Notes under the pieces: model-generated
The model's input: the letters and a program-made list of their open reading frames with translations, nothing else
The model's database searches: none
Told to the model about the DNA's origin: nothing
Shown here: one piece after another, positions 11,169 to 27,530 of the stretch
Layout: each line of letters opens with the position of its first letter
Position numbering within the stretch: position 1 is the first letter of the stretch
Translations under genes and position numbers: made by a program
NCBI RefSeq assembly: GCF_030013205.1
Contig: NZ_CP122648.1
Reading direction: 5' to 3' (one strand)
DNA length: 64,000 nucleotides
DNA from: Escherichia coli
GTDB taxonomy: Bacteria > Pseudomonadota > Gammaproteobacteria > Enterobacterales > Enterobacteriaceae

Positions 11169-12074
11169 TCAGATGCTTTTTACACTGACAGCTTCTTTTT
11201 TCTTACGGCTCACCAGCGCCAGTGCCAGCACAATCAGCACAATACCGCTACCTTCAACGGCCCCCGGATTCTCACCGAGCAGCCACCAGGAAAAGAGTAC
11301 GCCGCAAACGGGAACGGCCAGTGTGCTTAAACTGGCAATACTGGCAGGCAAGTTTTTCAATACAAACAACCATAAGCTCCACGCCAGCGCCGTCGCCAGA
11401 ATCGCACTGTAGGCCAGCGCCCAGAACACGGTAGGCTGCCAGTCAATTTCACGTTGCGGCACCAGTAAAGCGACCACACTCATCACCAGCGCCGCATACA
11501 GCATCTGCCAGGATGTTAACGACAATAAATCCACGCGCGGATGACGGGCATACAGACGTTTAGCAACAATCGCGCTCGCCCCCCAACTAACACCGGAGAG
11601 GATTGCCAGCATGGCACTTTTCATCGAAGAGAAATCGAGTTGCCACGGCTGCAACACCAAAAATAAGCCGAAAGCGGCAATCAGTATCGCGAAATATTGC
11701 CCACGTCGCAGGCGTTCACCGAGAAACAACGCGGCGAAAATCACCACCCAGAACGGCATGGTATAGCTCAGGATCGCCACCTTCCCCGCTCCTCCGCTGA
11801 CCAGCGCCCACTGCGCCAGGCCAACCATCCCACAGGTTTGTAACAGGGCAATGGCTAAGGTGTATTTAAACGGTGTCGGGCGCATTCCGCGACCACGTAA
11901 TAAAAGGACAATGAATAAAACGAGAGCGCCGAAAATGCAGCGTAAGGCGGTAAAGTCGAAGGCACCGATGTAGCTGGTGACTTGCTTCATGAAAATCCAG
12001 CTATAACTCCAGATAAGTGTGAGCACAACCAAGCCACTGATTGCCAGTGGGTTGCTCTTTCCTGCGGCAGACAT
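11169..12074 (-). CDS. yijE: EamA/DMT-family transporter
   Basis: ORF 11169..12107 trimmed to Met ([10 protein letters not shown]…) giving 301 aa; 10-TM profile; synteny. Confidence 0.8.
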   Translation of the reverse strand: MSAAGKSNPLAISGLVVLTLIWSYSWIFMKQVTSYIGAFDFTALRCIFGALVLFIVLLLRGRGMRPTPFKYTLAIALLQTCGMVGLAQWALVSGGAGKVAILSYTMPFWVVIFAALFLGERLRRGQYFAILIAAFGLFLVLQPWQLDFSSMKSAMLAILSGVSWGASAIVAKRLYARHPRVDLLSLTSWQMLYAALVMSVVALLVPQREIDWQPTVFWALAYSAILATALAWSLWLFVLKNLPASIASLSTLAVPVCGVLFSWWLLGENPGAVEGSGIVLIVLALALVSRKKKEAVSVKSI

Positions 12075-12166
12075 GAGAGATCCAGTGTGTAGTTTTCCTG
12101 TGGACACTATACGCCGGTAAAGAAACTTCAGCGACTGCCATCAGGCAGTCGCTGAAGAAGGTCAGA

Positions 12167-14401
<2,235 letters not shown>

Positions 14402-14675
14402 TTATAATTGAATTAATCCACGGATGCGATAGTTGAGATCTTACATATTGTTGGTTAAAGAGATGTAGATCAAATTGATCGTAATTAAGCCTTTTTGATT
14501 ATGTCCGAATTCGGACAAATGCTTTATAAAAAAGGGTTTTAGCTTTATATCCTTCAAGTAATGAGGGAGAAAACAAGGCTGACACCCTTATTTTCCCGCC
14601 CTCATTTCGAGGCAGCATTTTGTGCTCTGTTTAAAATTTGTGATCACTGTGTGATTTTCACAAAAGCCACACTAT

Positions 14676-15569
<894 letters not shown>

Positions 15570-15606
15570 TTACCTCATCAATCGCTTGTCGTTATATGTT
15601 GTGTTG

Positions 15607-15646
15607 TGAACATCTATCCATTTAGACGTCCAGATGTAAAGATGAA
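15607..15646 (-). promoter_or_regulatory. tandem MetJ boxes (metF operator)
   Basis: tandem 8-bp units resembling AGACGTCT (…TTAGACGTC CAGATGTA AAGATG…) 40-80 bp upstream of metF start. Confidence 0.5.
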
Positions 15647-15947
15647 GGAAAAGCCGAGGGGCGTCAACCGAAAAATGACCAATGATGGTGAGGAAAAATC
15701 AGGGAAGTTGAAAAAAACTCATCTTAATTAGAGGCGATAAAAGATTTCTCTATAGCGCAATCCACCTCGCACGTTTTGACTGATATTCTGACAACACAGC
15801 GACACCTGGGCTTATTCGAAAAACAACGTCCTGCCACCGGATGGTGATGCTAAGGCATCTGATTCGGCCTGCGCCCTCGCGTAGGCCGAATACTGGATCT
15901 GCAAAATCAACTGGTAACAAACAGATGAATCAACTCAATACGTACTT

Positions 15948-17501
15948 TTACTTGATATCTTTCACGCGCATACCGTTGATCTGTTCATCCGTGATGGTGT
16001 TACCCGCTTTGAAGTAATCAACCACGGCGTGATAAACGTAATAACCGCCCGTTGTGTTACGCGCTTTCCCTTCGGTAAAGGCGGTAAAACCATCTCCACC
16101 ATCAGCAAGGAAACTCTGGGTGGCAATAGAATAAACTGTCGCATCTTCAATGGGTTTGCCATTCAGAGTCAGCGTGATTACCCGCTGACCAACCGGCTTA
16201 TTGCTGTCGTACTTCATTTCCAGGCCTTTCGATACCTGTAAAACGCCATTACTTAAACTTGCGCCGTGTTCCATCAAACTGCGTAATTGTTTACCCGTGA
16301 GTTCCATCGTCACCAGTTCGTTGGGGAACGGGAAGGTACTGATGACGCCGCCCATCGTAATCGCCCCTGCGGGGATCTCATTGCGAATGCCGCCAGAGTT
16401 GGTTAACGCCAATTGGGTGTTTTTACCCGCCGCTACCAGTAAAGCATCAGCCGCCAGGTTCCCGAGGGAAGCCGATTCACCATAGGCACGTTTTAATTCA
16501 ACCGGCGATTTCGCGACCGTTTGTTGCACCACTTCATCAAGCTTTTTATTCCAGCCGTCGATCACCTGTTTCGTTTGCGGATCGGGCTTCCACTCGTCGG
16601 CGTAAATGGTTTTAAGCTCGAAGTTTTTCACCGTAAAATCATGCGGCTTCTCTTTGTAGTCCAGTACCAGTTTACCCACATCAATCCCACCGCTGTCAGT
16701 GGAGAGGATGAGCGTATTGCCGACTTTAATCGGTTCCGGCGTACCCACATGCGCATGTCCGGTGATCAAAATATCCAGCCCTTTCACCTGACTTGCCGTC
16801 TGAATATCTTTATCCAACGCGCGACGCACATCGGTCCCTCCCATACTGGACTGGCGGGCTGGAACACCTTCGTGGATCAGGGCGACGGTCAAATCAACCT
16901 TGCCTTTGAGTTCATCGATATAACGTTGTAGCCATTTAATTTCATCGCGCGCTTCAATACCCACGCGCGTGGCAGCAGATACCGTATCGTTGAAGGCAAA
17001 TACTCCGTGCAAACCTATAACGCCTATTTTCACGCCGTCTTTTTCGATGATGGTATATGGCTTATCCCAGAATGATTTACTGCTGTTCTGATAAAAAACA
17101 TTGCCCTGCACAATAGGGAATTTTGCCTGACTCAACTGTAATAATGTGTTGTCCCAGCCGTGGTCAAATTCATGGTTGCCTATCGTGACGGCATCAAACG
17201 GCATAGTATTCATAATATCGATAATAGCCTTACCTTTGGTCAGGCTGCTGATATATGGCCCGGTAAAATAATCACCCGCATCAAAAAACCATGTCGCTTT
17301 ATTTTTTGCTTTTTCTTGCTTAACCAGCGTAGTGATATTTGCCCAGCCACCAATATCCCGTTTACCGTCAGCGATCCACGGCACTTTATAAGGCTCGACA
17401 TGCGCATGGAGGTCGTTGGTATAAATGATGGTGACATCTTTGGCGCAAGCCCAGAACGGCAATGTTAATGCGATACCCGCAGCAAGTATTTTAATTTTCA
17501 T
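15948..17501 (-). CDS. secreted bifunctional metallophosphatase/5'-nucleotidase family protein (UshA/CpdB-like)
   Basis: 517-aa ORF with signal peptide ([18 protein letters not shown]) and calcineurin-like phosphoesterase motifs (DLHAH…GDYF…GNHEFD…GHAH); sits in an insertion between metF and metL. Confidence 0.8.
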   Translation of the reverse strand: MKIKILAAGIALTLPFWACAKDVTIIYTNDLHAHVEPYKVPWIADGKRDIGGWANITTLVKQEKAKNKATWFFDAGDYFTGPYISSLTKGKAIIDIMNTMPFDAVTIGNHEFDHGWDNTLLQLSQAKFPIVQGNVFYQNSSKSFWDKPYTIIEKDGVKIGVIGLHGVFAFNDTVSAATRVGIEARDEIKWLQRYIDELKGKVDLTVALIHEGVPARQSSMGGTDVRRALDKDIQTASQVKGLDILITGHAHVGTPEPIKVGNTLILSTDSGGIDVGKLVLDYKEKPHDFTVKNFELKTIYADEWKPDPQTKQVIDGWNKKLDEVVQQTVAKSPVELKRAYGESASLGNLAADALLVAAGKNTQLALTNSGGIRNEIPAGAITMGGVISTFPFPNELVTMELTGKQLRSLMEHGASLSNGVLQVSKGLEMKYDSNKPVGQRVITLTLNGKPIEDATVYSIATQSFLADGGDGFTAFTEGKARNTTGGYYVYHAVVDYFKAGNTITDEQINGMRVKDIK

Positions 17502-17633
17502 AAATAGTCCCTTTCAGTGATTTAAAGGATTGCTACATTACGTTCTGAAAGAGTTATTTATGTGAGAGTAATCACATCCACAGGGGAGCGTTGCCGGACA
17601 AAATCAACGACCTTGTGAAATCGTTGGTGATAT

Positions 17634-18350
17634 ATGTCGACTCTGTTTACGATTAATGCCTGCAAGTCGTTTGGTTGCCGTAATTTAGGGCAGCCAACAT
17701 CGACAGATTATAGCTGGCCCGACTATCGACTGGGTTATCCGGCATTGCACTGTCGGGCATGCGGAAGTTACCCGCCGTTGTTTGACGAGCAACAATTTCG
17801 TGACTGGTTGACAGTTCACTTATCTACTTTTGCAACAGAGAAAGGCCATTTTTGCCCGGTATGTTATGGTACAGATACGATTTGTTATGGTCACAATCCA
17901 CAGGGTTCGCAACGCATTCAATGCCGTAACTGCAAAAAAGTATGGACACCCAAACAATATCAGAAAGAAATAACGCCTCCTGAAATAATCGAAACGGTTG
18001 CTTTTCTCGTGCCATTTCAGGGAGTCAGCAGCGGGCAGAAACTGTATGTTTTAATCAGTTTTGATGCTCTTCGCGGTAATATTCTTCATCTTTCTACTAA
18101 TTACACGCAGCATCAGGCTGGAGAAAGTCTGCATTATCGATACAGAGGGAATGCAGAACCAGAGTTACACGAGAGTAATATTGTACAACGCGTTGATATG
18201 CGCGAAGCACAATTTCTACGCCGCAGTCAGTTTGATGAAATTCAGTATGGCAGCGCAGCGCTCAAACGCAATGCTAAAGGTGTTATTCTGCGTCCGGTTA
18301 TCACTGCACACGGGCATTTCAGAGTACTGATATTCTCTTCCCTACAGTAA
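17634..18350 (+). CDS. hypothetical protein with two CxxC-type Zn-ribbon motifs
   Basis: 238-aa ORF; CRACGS…CPVCYG…CRNCKK cysteine pairs; AT-rich; no core-genome counterpart at this position. Confidence 0.5.
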   Translation: MSTLFTINACKSFGCRNLGQPTSTDYSWPDYRLGYPALHCRACGSYPPLFDEQQFRDWLTVHLSTFATEKGHFCPVCYGTDTICYGHNPQGSQRIQCRNCKKVWTPKQYQKEITPPEIIETVAFLVPFQGVSSGQKLYVLISFDALRGNILHLSTNYTQHQAGESLHYRYRGNAEPELHESNIVQRVDMREAQFLRRSQFDEIQYGSAALKRNAKGVILRPVITAHGHFRVLIFSSLQ

Positions 18351-18478
18351 AAACACATGTAATTTCACACGAGTGTTTTTTAAGAGGTGCCATTATTACG
18401 GCATGGGCTGATCTGTTTCGCCAACAGCAAGGTGAGATTTGGTTTATTGAAGAGGAAATAGCTGACGATACCGATAAT

Positions 18479-18763
18479 ATGCCCTGGCGTTTTCAGAGAA
18501 CAACTTATCACGGCTGGTGGAAAAATCAGTGGCAACTCTGGGTTCAGGGAAAAAATCGTAAAATGGTATGTGCATTAACGGGCGGAAATATCAGCAAAGC
18601 TGAAATGCTCTCTTTAGCAACCAGCAGACATTTTATCGACTGGCTACATAAACAAGCAGTATTTACTCACAGCACCCCGCTTTCCGCAGGGCGCGTTACG
18701 CAAATACTGCTTTCTCTAGCTCAGGATTACAACAACTGCGCCAGGCGGTTAATATCCGACTGA
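18479..18763 (+). CDS. hypothetical protein; possibly the displaced 3' part of the upstream gene
   Basis: 94-aa ORF in the -1 frame relative to 17634..18350; its frame is open from 18329, overlapping the upstream ORF end; overlaps metL 3' end by 37 bp. Confidence 0.3.
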   Translation: MPWRFQRTTYHGWWKNQWQLWVQGKNRKMVCALTGGNISKAEMLSLATSRHFIDWLHKQAVFTHSTPLSAGRVTQILLSLAQDYNNCARRLISD

Positions 18764-21159
18764 ATCGCCCCTGCGGTGACGTCGCGCCCCGCGCCAGGCC
18801 CACGGATCACCAGAGGGTTATCGCGATACCAGCGGCTTTCGATGGCAAAGACGTTATCGCACGGCAGCAGTGATGCCAGCGGATGGTCTTCACGCACCGC
18901 TTCCACGCCCACACGCGCTTTGCCATTGGCATCGAAACGCGCCACATAGCGCAGCACCAGCCCCATTTCGCGGGCCGCTTCCAGTCGTTGCACCATCTGC
19001 TCGTTAAGTTCATCGCCGTTTTCAAAGAAATGGTCGATGCTACCGCCTTCGCAATGGGCAGGCACCAGCGATTCCACGCGCACCTGATCTGGTTCGATGT
19101 CGTAACCCGCTTCACGCGCCAGAATCACCAGCTTGCGCATCACGTCTTTGCCGGAAAGGTCATCACGCGGATCAGGCTCGGTTAAGCCCTGCTGCCACGC
19201 CTGATCCACCAGCTCGGTAAACGGCACGCTACCGTCGAATTGCAGGAACAGCCAGGAGAGCGTGCCGGAGAAGATCCCACTGATCGACAAAATAGTATCG
19301 CCGCTGTCGATCAGATCGCGCACGGTATGGTTGATCGGCAAGCCCGCACCGACGGTGGCGTTGTACAGCCAGTGACGCCCGGTTTTTTCGAAGGCGTCGT
19401 GGATCTGGCGATATTTATTGCTGTCGCTGGCTCCCGCCAGTTTGTTGGCGCTGATGACGTGGAAACCGTGGCTGGCAAAATCGAGATACTGATCAGCAAG
19501 CTGCTGGCTGGCGGTAACGTCCAACACCACTAAATCATCATACGGATGGGCGCGCATCCACAGGAACAGCGACTCTTCATCCTGCTCGACCGCTTCATCG
19601 TTGAAGAAGGCTAACGCGCGGCTGGCGTCCAGCCCGTCATAGCTCAACAGGCTGCGGCGGCTGTCCACCACGCCTGCCAGCACAAATTCAAAGCCGGTAC
19701 GCGCCGAAAGCGTGCTCTGCTCACGGGCGAACAGTTCCAGCCAGCGGGAACCGATATTGCCCTTGCCGAACAATACCAGGCCGATGCGTTTTTCTGCGCG
19801 GAAGACGGACTGATGCAGCCCCTGAATCAGGCTTTCGGTCGGTCCGGTGCGCAGTACTGCCACCAGGCTGATGCCGTCATCCGACTGCCAGGTAAATTCG
19901 ACCGGCTGGCCTTTCAGTTGCTGCCAGAAGCGGTGGCAATGCAGCGGGTTACGGGTTACGCCCGCCCCAACCATCGCCACCAGCGCCAGCCCCTGACGCA
20001 GGCGCAGTTCGCCAGGTAATCCCGCTTCGTCGAGGATTTTCAGCGCACTGTCGGCCACTTCTGAGGTGTAGCAAAATTGCAGCAACTGGCGATCGTTATG
20101 CACGCCAACCGCCAGTGGACGCACCTGAGCACGTTTCAGGATTTGGTCGATCTCTTTATGCGCCAGTTTGAAATCCTGACTGGCGGGCACCTGGAACTCA
20201 ATCAAACAGACATCATCGTGGCTGGTGACAATACGCGCACCAGTACCGGAGGCCAGCACGCGTTCAATGCGCGTGGAACCTTGATCCGGCGTGTAGCTAC
20301 AGCGCAGCTGCAGGTCGATTTCGCTGCCAGAAACCGGCTGTAAAGTACGGGCGTGAAGAACGGGAGCCGCCAGACGCGCCAGTTCGCTGGCTTCATCCAG
20401 ACGCAGCAACGGCAGCAGGCAGGCATCTTTCACTTTACGCGGGTCGGCACTGTATACCCCGGCGACGTCACTCCAGATGGTTACACGAGAAACACCCGCC
20501 AGCGCACCGATTTGTGTCGCGGAATAGTCGGAACCGTTACGCCCCAGCAGCACCGTTTCACCAGCGTTGTTACGGCTGATAAACCCGGTCACCACCAGAC
20601 GTTTACCCGGATGTTGTACCAGTAGCTGTTGCAGCAACGGGTAAGAAAGCCCTTCATCAACCTGCGGTTGCGCAGCGCGTTCAGCGCGTAAAAACTCGCG
20701 GGCATCAAGCCAGGCCGCTGGCAGCCCTTGTTGATTAAGCACCGCAGACATCAGGCGCGCCGACCACACTTCACCGTGACCCACCACTTCCGCATACACC
20801 GCATCGTTAATACCACTGTCGAGCAGCGCCGCCAGGCGTTCCAGATCGCTGACAAAAGCGCTAATGAGGCTATCGGCTTCTTCAGCGGGTAGCAGACCGC
20901 TAATCAGATCGCACTGATAGCGACGCAGCGTTTGTTGAACCTGATGCGCAGAGAGACGATCGGTCTGGCTTAGTTTCAACCAGTTAATCAACTGGTTAGT
21001 GGTGCTACCGGCAGCGGAAACCACCATCATATCGTCGGGCTGAGAGTACTCCGCCATAATGCCCGCGACACGCAAATAACACTTCACATCAGCCAGACTA
21101 CTGCCACCAAATTTATGCAGTTGACGACCTTTCGCCCCTGCCTGCGCAATCACACTCAT
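18727..21159 (-). CDS. metL: bifunctional aspartokinase II / homoserine dehydrogenase II
   Basis: 810-aa ORF MSVIAQAGAKGRQLHKFGGSSLADV…. Confidence 0.95.
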   Translation of the reverse strand: MSVIAQAGAKGRQLHKFGGSSLADVKCYLRVAGIMAEYSQPDDMMVVSAAGSTTNQLINWLKLSQTDRLSAHQVQQTLRRYQCDLISGLLPAEEADSLISAFVSDLERLAALLDSGINDAVYAEVVGHGEVWSARLMSAVLNQQGLPAAWLDAREFLRAERAAQPQVDEGLSYPLLQQLLVQHPGKRLVVTGFISRNNAGETVLLGRNGSDYSATQIGALAGVSRVTIWSDVAGVYSADPRKVKDACLLPLLRLDEASELARLAAPVLHARTLQPVSGSEIDLQLRCSYTPDQGSTRIERVLASGTGARIVTSHDDVCLIEFQVPASQDFKLAHKEIDQILKRAQVRPLAVGVHNDRQLLQFCYTSEVADSALKILDEAGLPGELRLRQGLALVAMVGAGVTRNPLHCHRFWQQLKGQPVEFTWQSDDGISLVAVLRTGPTESLIQGLHQSVFRAEKRIGLVLFGKGNIGSRWLELFAREQSTLSARTGFEFVLAGVVDSRRSLLSYDGLDASRALAFFNDEAVEQDEESLFLWMRAHPYDDLVVLDVTASQQLADQYLDFASHGFHVISANKLAGASDSNKYRQIHDAFEKTGRHWLYNATVGAGLPINHTVRDLIDSGDTILSISGIFSGTLSWLFLQFDGSVPFTELVDQAWQQGLTEPDPRDDLSGKDVMRKLVILAREAGYDIEPDQVRVESLVPAHCEGGSIDHFFENGDELNEQMVQRLEAAREMGLVLRYVARFDANGKARVGVEAVREDHPLASLLPCDNVFAIESRWYRDNPLVIRGPGAGRDVTAGAIQSDINRLAQLL

Positions 21160-21161
21160 TT

Positions 21162-22322
21162 TTACCCCTTGTTTGCAGCCCGGAAGCCATTTTCCAGGTC
21201 AGCAATTAAATCTTCGCCATCTTCAATACCGGTGGAGATACGCAGCAGCGTCTCGGAGATCCCGGCGGCAGCACGCGCTTCTGGTGCCATGCCTGCATGT
21301 GTCATGGTTGCGGCGTGAGAGATTAAACTTTCCACTCCCCCTAATGATTCCGCCAGCGTAAACAACGACAGCCCGCCCAGGAAACGACGCAGCGTCTGCT
21401 CATCGCCATCCAGTTCAAAACTCAACATTGCGCCAAAGCCTTTTTGCTGGCGCGCGGCAATTTCATGCCCCTGATTTTCTGGCAGCGACGGGTGATACAG
21501 TTTTTTCACCAACGGCTGGGTTTGCAGATATTTCACAATCGCCTGCGCGTTGCGCTGCGCCAGCTCCATACGCGGCACCAGTGTTCGCAACCCGCGTAGC
21601 AGCAGATAGCTGTCAAACGCGCCACCCGTCACGCCAATATTGTTTGCCCACCAGGCAAGTTCAGTGACAACGTCCGGGTCTTTAGCAATCACCACGCCGG
21701 CCACCACGTCTGAGTGACCGTTCAGATATTTCGTACATGAATGCAACACCAGATCGGCACCTAATGCCAGCGGATTTTGTAATGCCGGGCTTAAGAAGGT
21801 GTTATCCACCACGCTCACCGCCCCGACTTCCCTTGCCAGATGGCAGATTTTCGCAATATCCACGACGCGTAACAATGGATTACTTGGGCTTTCTACCAGT
21901 ACCAGTTTGGGTTTTTCTGCCAGCGCTGCCCGTAATGCCTGTTCATCGCCTTGATCAACAAACAACACGCGATAGCAACCACGTTTAGCCAGGCTGTCGA
22001 ACAGGCGATAGCTGCCGCCATAGCAGTCGTGCGGCGCAACCAGCAGATCGCCCGGTTTCAAAAAGACGGTCGTTACCAGGTGAATCGCGGACATGCCGGT
22101 ATTAGTAAGTACGGCACCGGCACCGCCTTCCAGTTCTGCCAGCGCACGCTGAACCACATCGCGCGTTGGGTTGCCGCGCCGCGAGTAATCATGCGCGCGC
22201 GGTTCATTAAATCCGGTAAAGTTATAGGTGCTGGAAAGATAGATGGGAGGGACAACGCAACCATACTGTTCGTCGTCATTTAACCCGCTACGCACTGCGA
22301 TGGTGGCCTGTTTACGCGTCAT
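21162..22322 (-). CDS. metB: cystathionine gamma-synthase
   Basis: ORF 21162..22499 trimmed to MTRKQATIAVRSGLNDDEQYG (386 aa); PLP-dependent family. Confidence 0.95.
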   Translation of the reverse strand: MTRKQATIAVRSGLNDDEQYGCVVPPIYLSSTYNFTGFNEPRAHDYSRRGNPTRDVVQRALAELEGGAGAVLTNTGMSAIHLVTTVFLKPGDLLVAPHDCYGGSYRLFDSLAKRGCYRVLFVDQGDEQALRAALAEKPKLVLVESPSNPLLRVVDIAKICHLAREVGAVSVVDNTFLSPALQNPLALGADLVLHSCTKYLNGHSDVVAGVVIAKDPDVVTELAWWANNIGVTGGAFDSYLLLRGLRTLVPRMELAQRNAQAIVKYLQTQPLVKKLYHPSLPENQGHEIAARQQKGFGAMLSFELDGDEQTLRRFLGGLSLFTLAESLGGVESLISHAATMTHAGMAPEARAAAGISETLLRISTGIEDGEDLIADLENGFRAANKG

Positions 22323-22385
22323 GTGATGAAGTTCCCTGGGCTTGGTCGGTGAAATGTCAGGCACCAGAGTAAACATTGTGTTAAT

Positions 22386-22417
22386 GGACGTCAATACATC
22401 TGGACATCTAAACTTCT
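22386..22417. promoter_or_regulatory. four tandem MetJ boxes in the metB/metJ divergent control region
   Basis: GGACGTCA ATACATCT GGACATCT AAACTTCT, tandem 8-mers matching AGACGTCT consensus. Confidence 0.6.
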
Positions 22418-22598
22418 TTGCGTATAGATTGAGCAAATCCCAAATAGCCGTTAAAATTATATGCATTATCACGCCGACAGGTGCATTACACGATGTCACG
22501 GTAACGCCTGTACGGTAAACTATGCGGGTTTACGGTCAGTACCCACATAAATTGTGTGGTCTGGTCTCAATTTATTGACGAAGAGGATTAAGTATCTC

Positions 22599-22916
22599 AT
22601 GGCTGAATGGAGCGGCGAATATATCAGCCCATACGCTGAGCACGGCAAGAAGAGTGAACAAGTCAAAAAGATTACGGTTTCCATTCCTCTTAAGGTGTTA
22701 AAAATCCTCACCGATGAACGCACGCGTCGTCAGGTGAACAACCTGCGTCACGCTACCAACAGCGAGCTGCTGTGCGAAGCGTTTCTGCATGCCTTTACCG
22801 GGCAACCTTTGCCGGATGATGCCGATCTGCGTAAAGAGCGCAGCGACGAAATCCCGGAAGCGGCAAAAGAGATCATGCGTGAGATGGGGATTAACCCGGA
22901 GACGTGGGAATACTAA
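22599..22916 (+). CDS. metJ: methionine repressor
   Basis: 105-aa [61 protein letters not shown]…. Confidence 0.95.
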
Positions 22917-22975
22917 AGCGGAAAAGAGCGGCGCGGAGTTAACCAGCCGCTTTTTTCATACATGGACGTTTAACG

Positions 22976-23584
22976 ATGAAAATCAGGCTACTGATCCTCA
23001 GCCTGCTGGTTTCTGTGCCTGCCTTTGCCTGGCAGCCGCAAACTGGCGACATCATCTTTCAAATCTCTCGCTCATCGCAAAGTAAAGCGATCCAACTGGC
23101 GACCCATTCCGATTACAGCCACACCGGTATGCTGGTGATGCGTAACAAAAAGCCCTACGTTTTTGAAGCGGTCGGCCCGGTGAAATACACCCCGCTCAAG
23201 CAGTGGATCGCCCATGGTGAAAAGGGCAAATACGTTGTTCGCCGCGTTGAAGGCGGACTGAGTGTTGAACAACAGCAAAAACTGGCGCAAACGGCGAAAC
23301 GTTATCTCGGCAAACCGTACGATTTCAGCTTCTCGTGGAGCGACGATCGCCAGTACTGTTCGGAAGTGGTTTGGAAGGTTTATCAGAACGCGCTGGGAAT
23401 GCGCGTGGGCAAACAGCAAAAGTTGAAAGAGTTCGACCTTAGTAACCCGCTGGTTCAGGCAAAGCTCAAAGAACGCTACGGCAAAAATATTCCGCTTGAG
23501 GAAACGGTGGTCTCGCCACAAGCCGTTTTCGACGCGCCACAACTCACCACGGTTGCCAAAGAGTGGCCGCTGTTTTCGTGGTAA
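22976..23584 (+). CDS. yiiX: permuted papain-like/NlpC-P60-like lipoprotein-family protein
   Basis: 202-aa ORF with signal peptide; synteny between metJ and rpmE. Confidence 0.8.
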   Translation: MKIRLLILSLLVSVPAFAWQPQTGDIIFQISRSSQSKAIQLATHSDYSHTGMLVMRNKKPYVFEAVGPVKYTPLKQWIAHGEKGKYVVRRVEGGLSVEQQQKLAQTAKRYLGKPYDFSFSWSDDRQYCSEVVWKVYQNALGMRVGKQQKLKEFDLSNPLVQAKLKERYGKNIPLEETVVSPQAVFDAPQLTTVAKEWPLFSW

Positions 23585-23604
23585 TACGACCAAAATTCAG
23601 GCAC

Positions 23605-23632
23605 AAAAAAAGCGCCATGCGGCGCTTTTTTC
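23605..23632. terminator. bidirectional rho-independent terminator (yiiX / rpmE)
   Basis: AAAAAAAGCGCCATGCGGCGCTTTTTT: GC stem flanked by A-run and T-run. Confidence 0.55.
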
Positions 23633-23644
23633 GGAAATCCGGTC

Positions 23645-23896
<252 letters not shown>

Positions 23897-23900
23897 CTAA

Positions 23901-26258
<2,358 letters not shown>

Positions 26259-26407
26259 ACCGCTCACGATGCGAGGCGGATCGAAAAATTCAATATTCAT
26301 CACACTTTTCATGAAAATTCTGTAACCGTTTTCACGCGCTATCTGCTAAAAATGTTGCCGATGTGAAGTAAACATGGATGTAGTACGCCTGACGTGCCAG
26401 GCGAGGA

Positions 26408-27439
26408 GTGAGTGTGAAAGCGAAGAAGCAGGAAACTGCCGCGACCATGAAAGACGTTGCCCTCAAGGCAAAAGTCTCTACAGCGACCGTTTCCCGAGCA
26501 TTAATGAATCCCGATAAAGTCTCCCAGGCCACCCGTAATCGGGTTGAAAAAGCGGCCCGGGAAGTGGGTTATTTACCTCAGCCTATGGGGCGCAACGTCA
26601 AGCGTAATGAATCCCGTACCATTCTGGTGATTGTCCCGGATATCTGCGATCCCTTCTTTAGCGAAATTATTCGCGGTATCGAAGTTACGGCGGCAAATCA
26701 CGGATATCTGGTGCTGATTGGCGACTGTGCGCATCAAAATCAGCAGGAAAAAACCTTTATCGATTTGATCATCACCAAGCAAATTGATGGCATGTTGCTG
26801 CTGGGTTCAAGGCTGCCGTTTGATGCCAGCATTGAGGAACAGCGTAATCTGCCGCCGATGGTGATGGCGAACGAATTTGCACCGGAACTGGAGCTGCCTA
26901 CCGTTCATATCGACAATCTGACCGCCGCATTTGATGCAGTAAATTATTTATATGAGCAAGGGCATAAACGGATTGGCTGTATAGCCGGTCCCGAAGAGAT
27001 GCCGCTGTGTCACTACCGCCTGCAAGGCTACGTTCAGGCGCTGCGTCGCTGCGGCATTATGGTTGATCCGCAATACATCGCCCGTGGCGACTTCACCTTC
27101 GAAGCCGGAAGCAAAGCAATGCAACAGCTGCTTGATCTTCCACAACCGCCTACTGCTGTCTTCTGCCATAGCGATGTGATGGCGCTCGGCGCACTTTCGC
27201 AGGCAAAACGCCAGGGGCTGAAAGTACCGGAAGACCTTTCCATAATCGGTTTTGATAACATCGACCTGACGCAATTTTGTGATCCGCCGCTGACAACCAT
27301 CGCGCAGCCGCGTTACGAAATCGGTCGGGAAGCTATGCTGTTATTGCTTGATCAAATGCAGGGGCAACACGTTGGCAGTGGCTCTCGTTTAATGGACTGC
27401 GAACTTATCATCCGGGGATCAACACGCGCGTTACCTTAA
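26408..27439 (+). CDS. cytR: LacI-family repressor CytR
   Basis: ORF with LacI-type HTH (MKDVALKAKVSTATVSRALMNP); true start may be GTG at 26414. Confidence 0.9.
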   Translation: MSVKAKKQETAATMKDVALKAKVSTATVSRALMNPDKVSQATRNRVEKAAREVGYLPQPMGRNVKRNESRTILVIVPDICDPFFSEIIRGIEVTAANHGYLVLIGDCAHQNQQEKTFIDLIITKQIDGMLLLGSRLPFDASIEEQRNLPPMVMANEFAPELELPTVHIDNLTAAFDAVNYLYEQGHKRIGCIAGPEEMPLCHYRLQGYVQALRRCGIMVDPQYIARGDFTFEAGSKAMQQLLDLPQPPTAVFCHSDVMALGALSQAKRQGLKVPEDLSIIGFDNIDLTQFCDPPLTTIAQPRYEIGREAMLLLLDQMQGQHVGSGSRLMDCELIIRGSTRALP

Positions 27440-27530
27440 AGTAAACCTTTAAGACTGCCGTGACTGGTCAAAGGCCCGCCGCTTAAGTAACATGGCGGGC
27501 TGACGAACGAATAAATACAGCGAAACGATA

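Noticed and set aside
15841-15890. REP-like inverted repeat (ATTCGGCCT…AGGCCGAAT) near the metF-side edge of the insertion, considered as an insertion boundary or IS terminal repeat
   Set aside because: Single hairpin without a matching partner at the metL side and no adjacent transposase; more likely an ordinary intergenic palindrome or degenerate REP.
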